From Candidatus Wildermuthbacteria bacterium GWA2_46_15 (GTDB taxonomy: Bacteria > Patescibacteriota > Minisyncoccia > Minisyncoccales > GWA2-46-15), in NCBI GenBank assembly GCA_001823105.1, contig MHTO01000004.1, positions 1 through 36,508 of the forward strand: DNA of 36,508 nt. Reading direction: 5' to 3'. Below are positions 26,611-35,255 of the stretch, piece after piece. The notes below the pieces were generated by a model, which worked only from the letters and a program-made list of their open reading frames with translations, did not search any database and was not told the DNA's origin. The translations under genes were made by a program, and so were the position numbers. The stretch's first letter is position 1. Each line of letters begins with the position of its first letter.

Positions 26611-28068
26611 TTATTCTGTTAGATCAAGCCATTCAATATATGCGCGTATTGAATCCGAAAAGCCAGAAACGTAACCCTGAAGCAAATACTCATTCAGCAA
26701 AGGCTTAAGCCCAGCATTAAGGATGCTTTTAGTGTTACTACCCCCATCTAGGAAGTATGCATGCCCAGGCATAAGTGAAAATGCCTCATTCGTGGCCTCT
26801 TCCATAAATATAAAGAATAATCTCTGGAAAGCATCCTTCATCCGCTGACTAGCGCCCATACTTTGTAAAACATTTACATCTGGCCATAAGGAGATGAATG
26901 AAAACCTGCGCCTAACCGCTATATCCAGAATTGCAATACTTCTATCCGCACTATTCATGGTCCCAAGTATATGCAAATTGCCTGGCAGCTTAACCTTTTT
27001 GTCAAAAGGGACCCCGAAATCATGAAAGACTTTAATCTCACGGTCCGGCTCTGTCGGCTCAAAGAGGAATATCGCCTCTCCGAGCACTTTTGCCAGGTCT
27101 GCACGGTTAATCTCATCTATATGCAACAAATAATTTTTATCTGGATTTTTAGAGGCTTCTGCGGCCGCGTCCATCAGATGTCCCCGCCGAGGAGTGAACT
27201 GCAGTCCAGTATTGTTCGCGCCCTGTGAAGGAGCTAAGCCACCAATAAAAGTTTCATAGGTGGTCCCAGGGTGGAATTGGATGCTGGCGCCTTTCCCTTC
27301 ATAAGGTCCTGTAATTAACTTCTCGGCTAATCTTGTTTTGCCGGTACCAGGAGGGCCCTCAATAATAACAAAGCGCCTCAAATTCAAGAGTGCAGACACT
27401 TCTGCTTCTGTCGTATTCGGCATTGCTTTAGATACCCACTCATCCGTAGCGGCTTTTTTCTCCGGCTGGAATGGGGTAAGTGGCTCAAGGCCACGCTCTT
27501 CTGCAAATACATCACAGAAGGTATGGGCTCCCTTTTCAATTAAAGACAACGCCGCTGGATCATCAGAAATAAACATCGCGTATAAAACCTTTTCATATTT
27601 ATCAGTCGCTGTTTTATAGTTATTTAGCCGACCAGAAACATACTTAGGCATGCCCAGATCAATGCGGACCGGGTCCGGCTTAGCCCATGTAATATCTTTT
27701 CTAGCTAGATGGCTTAACCACCTGGAAATAGCCAGAACCTTCCTTGCATGGCCAGGCCGGCTTAATGCCTGCTCGTCAGGACTTAGTCCATTAGTGCCAA
27801 TTCCCAGGCAAATAAGCGCCGGGGCATCTTTGGAAGGGAATATAACAAAACTCATCCCGCCATATGGGCCACTTTTAGGTTGGCCAGCGGGGATAAATGC
27901 CGCGAATGGTGCAGCATCTTCATTCGTTTCCCCATTTACGCGTATTTGAATCTTTTTATCCCATTTCGCCCCATATCGTTCCCGTGCAAATCTCTCAAGA
28001 TCTGCTTTTGCAGAATCTGCCCAGGACCCATCCAATCTTTTAACAATCAATTCAGATAATGCCGACAT
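26611..28068 (-). CDS. mcrB: McrB-like GTP-specific AAA+ motor subunit with an unassigned N-terminal (presumed DNA-reader) domain of about 225 aa
   Basis: Motifs seen: FVIIEGPPGTGKT, IQFHPGTTYETFIGG, LLHIDEINRADLAKVLGEAIFLFE, ILGTMNSADRSIAILDIAVRRRFSF. GGAGG RBS 7 nt upstream of the ATG. Confidence 0.9.
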   Translation of the reverse strand: MSALSELIVKRLDGSWADSAKADLERFARERYGAKWDKKIQIRVNGETNEDAAPFAAFIPAGQPKSGPYGGMSFVIFPSKDAPALICLGIGTNGLSPDEQALSRPGHARKVLAISRWLSHLARKDITWAKPDPVRIDLGMPKYVSGRLNNYKTATDKYEKVLYAMFISDDPAALSLIEKGAHTFCDVFAEERGLEPLTPFQPEKKAATDEWVSKAMPNTTEAEVSALLNLRRFVIIEGPPGTGKTRLAEKLITGPYEGKGASIQFHPGTTYETFIGGLAPSQGANNTGLQFTPRRGHLMDAAAEASKNPDKNYLLHIDEINRADLAKVLGEAIFLFEPTEPDREIKVFHDFGVPFDKKVKLPGNLHILGTMNSADRSIAILDIAVRRRFSFISLWPDVNVLQSMGASQRMKDAFQRLFFIFMEEATNEAFSLMPGHAYFLDGGSNTKSILNAGLKPLLNEYLLQGYVSGFSDSIRAYIEWLDLTE

Positions 28069-28092
28069 AAAGTGCCTCCGTTCTAGTTAAAA

Positions 28093-28121
28093 ATTACAGA
28101 TATCAAACATATTTAAAACAA
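28093..28121 (-). promoter_or_regulatory. Putative sigma70-type promoter for mcrBC
   Basis: On the minus strand, TTGTTT (28121-28116) is followed by a 17-nt spacer and TGTAAT (28098-28093). It sits in the 72-nt AT-rich gap upstream of the mcrB RBS. Confidence 0.3.
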
Positions 28122-28140
28122 ATTACTCCCCTAAGCTTAA

Positions 28141-30411
28141 TTATGGCAGAATTCTGGGCGGGGTTAAATCCATCTCCCACCCGTATTCTTTGGTATCTTC
28201 AATCGACTTTGGTGAAGGAAAGCCCTCACTCTCTGCGATTGCCTGAACAAATGCCCCAAGTTGCTTCTCCCCTAGTATAAAATCCTTATATGCTTGCCTT
28301 TGCTTTGCATATCTCCATATCCTATCATCATAGCCCCCAGGGTACTTAAGTAGCTCCATAGTTATATCAGTGCCTTTAACAAGGTCTCGGTAAATACGGC
28401 CGGTCCGTTGCTCAATAACAGTGGGATTCCAATGCAGGTCATGGTGAATTACGTTGCTGCAAGCTTTTTGCATATCCAGACCTTCCCCGCCAATCTGACT
28501 CACAAGCAGAATATGTGGTGGGACCCCTGTGGAGTTGAAGGCCTCTAAAACCCTAGTCCTCCGCGCCCTGGAGCTTTCACCTGTAAATTTCTCGACTATT
28601 CCATATTGTCTAAAAGGTAATCTCCCTATTAGCTTATTATACTTAGGAGTGTTTTCTGGCTTACTAATGAAACCGCGAAGCCTGGCGCGCATCTGCCTTA
28701 CAGAAATTCTTTCCCCACCTTCTCGAGTAAAGTCTTCAGAGATTCTCTTTAATACTTCCTTCCAGTGTTTGATTAAATCTGGGTAGCCACTTCCTCTAAA
28801 CCGCATGATTCCACGAACAAGTGCGTCATGTATGCATACTCTTTCTTCGAATTCCAATCCCTCGCAATCTTTAACAAACATTTCTTCTAAAGACTGCAAG
28901 TTTATCCCAGCGTCATTAAGTATGCGTTGTGCCTTTCTCCACACCTTATTGTTTTTGATAGGCTTTTTTTTGCCCGCTAATAGGGGCTTCCCTTCAAATT
29001 CACAAACAATTCCATTTCTTTTTTCCAATAAGGTTTTCTGTGCTTTCGCTATAGTCGACAAGTGATTAAAGAAAACAACTACCTTCTGTGATTGCTTCCC
29101 ATTGCCCAACAATAAGCATCTAACTCTTTCAATCAAGACGCGCACCTTGGCGTGCGTCCAACCTGAAAACAATTCATCCACTTTTCCTTCCTTCAGATTA
29201 AATCTTTTAATTATCTTTTTATGAGGATGCGCCTGGGCAGCCTGGAACTTGCCCCGATGCAACGCAGCATGTGCCGAGCAAAGCCTGCTATAACCATTTG
29301 GGAGAAATTTCCCACCGGGAGGCGGCTCATCATCAAACTGCCCATACTTTGCATGGGCATTTTGCCGGAGGTAGGCACGCCCAAAGAGATATAAAGCTGT
29401 ATCTGCTGCCTCAAGCTTAAACGATGGAGTATGCTCCTCAACTTTTGGTTTGGTATTTCTTATTACCAGAGCGCGCAAATACTCATCAAGACCATCCTGC
29501 GCACGGTGCCCAACTTCAACGCCAAAAGTGCGGCCAGTGGGATCTAATGGCGCGTCAAAGTTTATATCAATGCAATTCAGGAGTTCTTTAAACTCTTGTT
29601 TTATAGTGCGGGGATCCCCGTCTTTAATCAATTTATCTAATTCCGTATCAAGAAGCTTAAGGCTATATTTGATTGCGTTAACAATAGAGGGCTGAAGAGG
29701 CATTTTCCCGCCTGCTTTAAGGTCTGAGATAAGTTCAAAATCAGGCTCATATTTTAAGTCTAGGAAATGCAATAAATGAATAAGCTCCTGCCGACTATCA
29801 CACTGGAATGGCGTCGCAGATAAAAAAAGGAAAGGGCAGGTTTTTTTATTGTCACGTATACGCTGAAGGGCCCTGGAAAGTTGTGTGGAACATTTACGTG
29901 CCTTGTGGGCCTCGTCCAACACAAGCAAATCTAGTTTTGAAACCCATCCTGGCAATTTGCCTCTTGTAAGCTTTCCCGCTTTACTTGTAGGAAACAAGCG
30001 TATACTTGATTTTTCCCCATCTGCAGCTCGCCCCATGGCTTTTAAAACCTTTTTAAGGGGTGTATTACCTTTAATGCCGGGCATTGCTGCCTTACAGAAT
30101 AAACGAATTTCTTCTTGCCATTTCTGAATAAGGCCTGGGGGAAGAAGAAATGCGGCGCGGCGGCCTGTTGTGTGGCTAGCAAGATAAAGCGCTGCCGTTG
30201 CCAAAGCCTCCCATGTTTTCCCCATTCCAACTTCGTCCGCCAGTAAAGCTCCGGCTCGCCCCGACATTAGCCGGGGGCCCTCCCCTTTAAGGGCCTGCAA
30301 TGCGGCCGCCACAGCCCGACCTTGATGCGGTCGAAGAACAGTCTTCCCTTTCTTGGGAAAAGCCCAAAAAGAAGGTCCACCCCACCGTAATGGCTTTTGC
30401 CGGCGGCTCAT
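28141..30411 (-). CDS. SNF2-like SF2 helicase (756 aa from the coupled ATG)
   Basis: Motifs seen: LLADEVGMGKT (I), LLVLDEAHKARK (II), FLSATPFQ (III), GGEGLDMQKACSNVIHHDLHWNPTVIEQRTGRIYR (V/VI). The ATG at 30411 overlaps the PLD gene TGA stop (ATGA). The longer track ORF is an upstream in-frame extension. Confidence 0.8.
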   Translation of the reverse strand: MSRRQKPLRWGGPSFWAFPKKGKTVLRPHQGRAVAAALQALKGEGPRLMSGRAGALLADEVGMGKTWEALATAALYLASHTTGRRAAFLLPPGLIQKWQEEIRLFCKAAMPGIKGNTPLKKVLKAMGRAADGEKSSIRLFPTSKAGKLTRGKLPGWVSKLDLLVLDEAHKARKCSTQLSRALQRIRDNKKTCPFLFLSATPFQCDSRQELIHLLHFLDLKYEPDFELISDLKAGGKMPLQPSIVNAIKYSLKLLDTELDKLIKDGDPRTIKQEFKELLNCIDINFDAPLDPTGRTFGVEVGHRAQDGLDEYLRALVIRNTKPKVEEHTPSFKLEAADTALYLFGRAYLRQNAHAKYGQFDDEPPPGGKFLPNGYSRLCSAHAALHRGKFQAAQAHPHKKIIKRFNLKEGKVDELFSGWTHAKVRVLIERVRCLLLGNGKQSQKVVVFFNHLSTIAKAQKTLLEKRNGIVCEFEGKPLLAGKKKPIKNNKVWRKAQRILNDAGINLQSLEEMFVKDCEGLEFEERVCIHDALVRGIMRFRGSGYPDLIKHWKEVLKRISEDFTREGGERISVRQMRARLRGFISKPENTPKYNKLIGRLPFRQYGIVEKFTGESSRARRTRVLEAFNSTGVPPHILLVSQIGGEGLDMQKACSNVIHHDLHWNPTVIEQRTGRIYRDLVKGTDITMELLKYPGGYDDRIWRYAKQRQAYKDFILGEKQLGAFVQAIAESEGFPSPKSIEDTKEYGWEMDLTPPRILP

Positions 30412-32252
30412 GAGTGCCTCCTTTTCATGACTTTTTCTTTTATTCTGGGGACATATTCTGTTTGACCTTCTATCCACATTCCGCTTTGGGCCCATCGCCC
30501 TAGCTGTTTTATAATGCGGGAATCTTTTTTAAAAATATCGCCACGCCAAGCGGAAAAGCCTTTCCTAATCTGCCTAAAGATATTCGGCTCATTCTCTCCA
30601 ATCTTATCTGAGTTGCTTTGTACAGCAAGTAGCCGAGTAGCTAGAAACAAATAGCAGCCCGTGCGCACTTTCTCCGGTATTACATCAGAGAGACAATCTA
30701 AATGCATCTTTTCTCGCCATAATTCTTCCAGTAATCCCATATGAGAGGGGTAAGGGTTTTTAAGATCTTCACCAATAGCCTTGCAAACACTTAAGGATCG
30801 CCGCTCATACTCATCTAACTCAGCGTAAACGCCTCCCTCCTGTGAGACGCCATCCCCCGGCTTCCCCCCAGGCCTAGGTTTTTGATGGACACCAGTCCCT
30901 AAATTAGGATTTCCTCCCCATAAAGACTCCGCGCCCTCTGGTTCAGGATCAATAGTTTCAAGTAAGGTCAACTGGCCTTTTAATCCACCCCAGACAACTG
31001 TCACACGCGCCTCATTTCTTAAAGCAGCTTCTACTTTTCCTCTTTGGTTTTCTGGCAATTGATACAGCCCTGGCCCTTTCTTTGTGGAATAGCTGTTAAG
31101 ATTAAACCGCTTTTTATTAATTTCCAGAAAAGGAAGCATGGCAGGAAGCTCCGCAGAGGACTGCGCCCAAATCTCAACGGTTCCACTTGCCGGCATGTAC
31201 CAGGCAATGAGTCCCTCTGTTTCTATCTCAACCTCTCCATCTTCCGGCTTATCCCAGGTCAGGGTATCGTCTGATGGAAGCTTTTGCGTAGGGACTGAAT
31301 AGTAGAATTCTCTAAATCCTTTTTTTGATACTGGGAGAGCAATCATACATTCAGCACGATGCCGGGATAAGCTTCCGGCTTTCTTGAAAAGCCCTGGCTC
31401 AGTAGCATTGGCAGAGCCGGTAACAAGAAGCCCCCCTCCGTTAAAACACTCAAAGGCTAAGACCTTAGAATGAGGAAACTGTGAAACCAACTTACCCTTG
31501 GCTATATAAAGACGGTCTTTCCATTTTTTCATCCCCTGAAGGATCCGCTTTGATTTATGCTCCATTGCAGGAACAACTATTTTAATCTGACTGCGAGAAA
31601 GTGAAAACTTATCAACCAAGCCGTCCACCGCCACGCTAGAAAGATATGGAGAGAAAACCGTAAGACTTTTGACTGGTTTCCCCTTAAGCAACCTTTTGAT
31701 TCCATCTGCTATGGATTCATTATCATTATCTAACCACCGGGGCTCATCCTGCCCGGGGCGGTTATGCAAGCCAGCCTCAAGTTGGCTAAGTCTTTTTATC
31801 CAGGTAGGATCCACATGCCAAGGGAGTTTGGCAAAACGGTTTTTAAGCCACCTAACTGCACCTAAAACCAAATGCTGCGAGGGTTGCGCAATTAGACTGA
31901 ATATCTCAAGATTATCCCCACCGAAACCAGGTGCTGTTAAGTTTGCACTGGAAACAGAAAGGGCGACTCCGGTTGTTCCACGGGAAAGCACTATTTTCCC
32001 ATGTATTCCATTAGAAGGATCCGCAAAGACCGTTCTAAAGCTTTTATTCTGAGACACTTTATGTCGGGCGCCTGTTTTATCACTAAGTATAAGAAGCTGC
32101 CCCAGATTAAGATCTTCGCTTCTAACTAAGTCATCAATATGGTTTTCATTAAACTCATAAGTGGTTGCGATGGACCATTTTGCCCCACCAATTTCTTCGG
32201 CAGCTTTTGAAATAGCGTCAACTGGATCTTTGAATAAGTGATTAGCAGGCAT
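30408..32252 (-). CDS. Phospholipase D-superfamily nuclease with two HKD motifs and a C-terminal region of about 300 aa with no recognised motif
   Basis: HKD-1 is IHGKIVLSRGTTGVALSVSSANLT (31941-32003). HKD-2 is PHSKVLAFECFNGGGLLVTGSANAT (31407-31472). GGAGAA RBS. Confidence 0.8.
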   Translation of the reverse strand: MPANHLFKDPVDAISKAAEEIGGAKWSIATTYEFNENHIDDLVRSEDLNLGQLLILSDKTGARHKVSQNKSFRTVFADPSNGIHGKIVLSRGTTGVALSVSSANLTAPGFGGDNLEIFSLIAQPSQHLVLGAVRWLKNRFAKLPWHVDPTWIKRLSQLEAGLHNRPGQDEPRWLDNDNESIADGIKRLLKGKPVKSLTVFSPYLSSVAVDGLVDKFSLSRSQIKIVVPAMEHKSKRILQGMKKWKDRLYIAKGKLVSQFPHSKVLAFECFNGGGLLVTGSANATEPGLFKKAGSLSRHRAECMIALPVSKKGFREFYYSVPTQKLPSDDTLTWDKPEDGEVEIETEGLIAWYMPASGTVEIWAQSSAELPAMLPFLEINKKRFNLNSYSTKKGPGLYQLPENQRGKVEAALRNEARVTVVWGGLKGQLTLLETIDPEPEGAESLWGGNPNLGTGVHQKPRPGGKPGDGVSQEGGVYAELDEYERRSLSVCKAIGEDLKNPYPSHMGLLEELWREKMHLDCLSDVIPEKVRTGCYLFLATRLLAVQSNSDKIGENEPNIFRQIRKGFSAWRGDIFKKDSRIIKQLGRWAQSGMWIEGQTEYVPRIKEKVMKRRHS

Positions 32253-33501
32253 TTCTGTTCTCCAGTGAAACCTTTAGGTCTCTCCCAAAGCGCCATGCTT
32301 GCTGAAGACGCAATGACCCAGCATAATTGCCAGAAAAACTATTAAAAAGATCCTTATCACCTACTACCATCGAGCTGCCATAGCCGGAAACATAACCTTT
32401 CCCAGCTTTACGGGCACATTCTTTAGCATATTCAGTCAGATCTTCTCGGGAATTAATTCCAGAAAGAAGTTGTGCAAGTTTTAGTGGTGTACCACTATCA
32501 GCGCAATGACCATCCACCTCTATTAGGGCCGCTTTGTCGTCAGGCTGATTTTGCAGCAAGCCCTTAACTCTTTGTATTAACTTATATGGGTCTATCTGAT
32601 GAAGATGATTGGGCTTAGTCGGGACATCTTCTTTTAATTTATGAAAAGCCCAATCATATAATGACCGCGTTGCCGCAAACACCAAAGCGCGCCCTAATGC
32701 AGCACGATATAATCTTCTCTTGGTGTGCTGCGCGGGCTGCGGGTGTTTGTATAAGAAATCGTGGGTCCATGTGTCAGGGCTAGGAAGATGTGAGGCTGCA
32801 GCTACTGAAAACAGAGTGTCCTTTAAATAGCCGGAGTGGAGATTGTGCCCTAAACCGCTTTTAGGGAGAGGCTGGTTTGCTAAACAAGCAGCCAATTCCC
32901 TAAATAAATGTAGCCGGCTGCCATCCAGGGATAAGACTTTATTTATGCGACTTTCTCGTAAAAGACTAGGTGTATTGCCCCTGGCTATCTTTGTTAAGGT
33001 TGCGCGCGTGTTTTGGAAACCAGAAAGGTATTTTTCAGGGGCCCTTGCTTTTATTTTTTCGGGCAAAGAATCCCACAGCCGTGCGTAGCGTTCCCGCGGT
33101 CCAAGTACAACCAGGCTTGAGATCCCGGTTTCCCAGCCGGCTGGCTTAGGTTTTTTTATAGGCAATCCGGCAAGAGTCCTAAGACCATAAAGCACAAACT
33201 TCTTTTTCAACCGGGCGGGGTAATTCGCCCAAGCATGCTGCCATACAAGCCTAGTATAAGCAGAATCTTCATCTTTTCCAGCTACACTTTTTGAGAAAGA
33301 CTCAGCCCACCCATGAAACACAAGATACATTAGGTGGTCTGTCTGTGAGGTCAGGCCCGGGCCAGAAGAATTTGAAGAGCGAAAAAGATCATCAGCCATT
33401 GAGTCAAGAATTACTTGAGCCCGTAGAGGGTCCCTACGACCTTCATCATCGTTTTGAAGCTCATGTTCAGTTGACCAAAAAATCGGCAAATATTCTTTCA
33501 T
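32242..33501 (-). CDS. Hypothetical protein (419 aa), first large gene of the PLD/SNF2-like operon
   Basis: AAGGGGA RBS. Its 3' end overlaps the PLD gene start by 11 nt. I recognise no catalytic motif. The N-terminus has a conserved-looking block RDPLRAQVILDSMADDLF...GPGLTSQTDHLMYLVFHGW. Confidence 0.6.
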   Translation of the reverse strand: MKEYLPIFWSTEHELQNDDEGRRDPLRAQVILDSMADDLFRSSNSSGPGLTSQTDHLMYLVFHGWAESFSKSVAGKDEDSAYTRLVWQHAWANYPARLKKKFVLYGLRTLAGLPIKKPKPAGWETGISSLVVLGPRERYARLWDSLPEKIKARAPEKYLSGFQNTRATLTKIARGNTPSLLRESRINKVLSLDGSRLHLFRELAACLANQPLPKSGLGHNLHSGYLKDTLFSVAAASHLPSPDTWTHDFLYKHPQPAQHTKRRLYRAALGRALVFAATRSLYDWAFHKLKEDVPTKPNHLHQIDPYKLIQRVKGLLQNQPDDKAALIEVDGHCADSGTPLKLAQLLSGINSREDLTEYAKECARKAGKGYVSGYGSSMVVGDKDLFNSFSGNYAGSLRLQQAWRFGRDLKVSLENRNAC

Positions 33502-33520
33502 GCGTCCCCTTGCTGCACTT

Positions 33521-33976
33521 CTATTTAGCTGCCCCGAGAAAATCCGGTAATTTATCTATTTTAATACGCGCTAACTCTGCGGGTTTCTCTTTCCCCAGGG
33601 CGGCCAGATTTAGATACCCCTTATACCGCGTATCTGGAGATACCTGAATTAAAGATGCCGTTTCTTTTGTTATAAAGAAAATCCCTGGTTTTTTAGTTGC
33701 ATATGTGACTGCGAGGATTAATATATAGTTATCTCTAAAATCGCTAGGACACAGCAATTTATTAAAATCTGAACCATAACTGTCACGTATTGTTTTAATT
33801 TGAATATCAAAATACTTAAGCCGGCCATCTTCCGCAAAACGCAGTATCGCATCTATGCCCTGATCATCTGCTATCGTTAGATATAGGTCGAACCCTGACT
33901 TCATCAAATCAAATATCACCTCCATTTCACTGATTTTCCCTTTACGAGCAGTTTCCATTTCTTCCCATTTCAACAT
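33521..33976 (-). CDS. Small PD-(D/E)xK-fold (restriction endonuclease / Hjc / DUF4365-like) protein
   Basis: KISEMEVIFDLMKSGFDLYL..DDQGIDAILRF..KYFDIQIKT matches the E...D-GID...Q-x-K layout. The gene ends 19 nt upstream of the 419-aa gene. Confidence 0.5.
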   Translation of the reverse strand: MLKWEEMETARKGKISEMEVIFDLMKSGFDLYLTIADDQGIDAILRFAEDGRLKYFDIQIKTIRDSYGSDFNKLLCPSDFRDNYILILAVTYATKKPGIFFITKETASLIQVSPDTRYKGYLNLAALGKEKPAELARIKIDKLPDFLGAAK

Positions 33977-34076
33977 ACATATACCTTTTCCATTTGTTTA
34001 TTTGCTTAAAACAACCAAAGGCGCTTCCCTATTACCTCTTTTCATTTTTAAGGGGCCACTTATCTATTATTTACTC

Positions 34077-34742
34077 TCACCTTCTAATATCTAAAGGGAC
34101 ATATGCATCTGTATTAATATACTCTGAGTTTATACATATCATCCGTGACCCCTCGCGTGGGTCGAACCTTATAGGCCCACTACCTTGTGGCTTAAACACT
34201 ACAAGCAAGGCCTGCATATCAACCTGAATTTTATCGCCATAGAATTCAGTCGCCCTATGAAAAAAATCTTTTAAGATAGAAAACAACACGGTGCCCTGCC
34301 TCAAAGGATTTTGCAACCCTAATGCCCGTGTAATTTCTTCTAGATATCCTTCTATTCCTTCTCCCCTATGTTGCGCCCACACATTAAGGAGTCTAGTTAA
34401 AACGTTAACTCGTACAATTTCCTGATTGTGATTTAGAGAGATCCTTCTATTTCTGGCGGGGCCTTTAATTTCATCTGAATGATCCCATTTGCTTTCACCG
34501 ACAATCCAATAGCCTTTTTGTTTATCCTTGGTTTTAGCGAATATTATAAAGTCCGGCTCACCAACCTGAGCCCTCCCAAAACTTGGACGGTAAAATGTTA
34601 CAGTTGTACCTTTTCCTAATGTAATAGGCGAAGGCAGAACTAGCTCTCTTTGTAACTGATTAGATAGCCGACTAAGCTTAGTCGGTGATATTAGATATGA
34701 AAGCGTTAACGCATCTTCCCCGTAACCAATTACCTCTGCCAT
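34077..34742 (-). CDS. Hypothetical protein with a PD-x(n)-E-x-K nuclease-like motif
   Basis: VGEPDFIIFAKTKDKQKGYWIVGESKWDH gives a PD...ESK pattern. GGGGGA RBS. Confidence 0.4.
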   Translation of the reverse strand: MAEVIGYGEDALTLSYLISPTKLSRLSNQLQRELVLPSPITLGKGTTVTFYRPSFGRAQVGEPDFIIFAKTKDKQKGYWIVGESKWDHSDEIKGPARNRRISLNHNQEIVRVNVLTRLLNVWAQHRGEGIEGYLEEITRALGLQNPLRQGTVLFSILKDFFHRATEFYGDKIQVDMQALLVVFKPQGSGPIRFDPREGSRMICINSEYINTDAYVPLDIRR

Positions 34743-34791
34743 CGTCTATCCCCCTAATAATTCCGATAAACCTTATCTAACCCAAATCCAG

Positions 34792-35220
34792 TCACAACAA
34801 ATGTGTCGATTTAAAATTATTGATATCCGGCCGAAGCAAGTTTTTAAAGGCTTTGCGGTTATTAGGGCCTTTCTGTGCCTGGCCCCGCCATTTCTTCATT
34901 AGATTGCGCCATGGGCTTGTAGGTGTTAATGCTTGAAAACAATCCCTTGGCAAATGACCCTTCAAATCATTTAAGGCATAACAAACCAGCTGAAAATGTA
35001 TCCTGCTACCGGGAGAAATATGATCTACCGCCGCATAAAGGGGATGACAGCCCTTCCCCCCTTGTACGGGAGTACCTTTCTTCTTATCGAAAACCATTTT
35101 CACCTGGGATAAGGCACAGCGCCCCTTCTGCCGTATCACCAGAGTGCGTAGGGCACTGGGAGGCAGTCCTTGTTTCTTTTTAGACGCCCATGCCTTTTGT
35201 GTCCTGCTCAGCTTATACAC
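34792..35220 (-). CDS. HNH endonuclease domain protein
   Basis: GRCALS...HPLYAAVDHISPGS...LVCYALNDLKGH fits the Cys...DH...N...N-x-x-K-G HNH layout. GGAGG lies 5 nt upstream of the GTG start. Confidence 0.7.
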   Translation of the reverse strand: MYKLSRTQKAWASKKKQGLPPSALRTLVIRQKGRCALSQVKMVFDKKKGTPVQGGKGCHPLYAAVDHISPGSRIHFQLVCYALNDLKGHLPRDCFQALTPTSPWRNLMKKWRGQAQKGPNNRKAFKNLLRPDINNFKSTHLL

Positions 35221-35255
35221 ATAACCTCCAAAAGGTTCTGCAATGTCGTGGATTA

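Noticed and set aside
28141-33501. Calling the PLD + SNF2 module DISARM.
   Set aside because: No DUF1998-containing DrmA/DrmB-like genes and no methyltransferase are present. The PLD protein is also much longer than I expect for DrmC. I describe it only as DISARM/SauUSI/Azaca-like in domain content.
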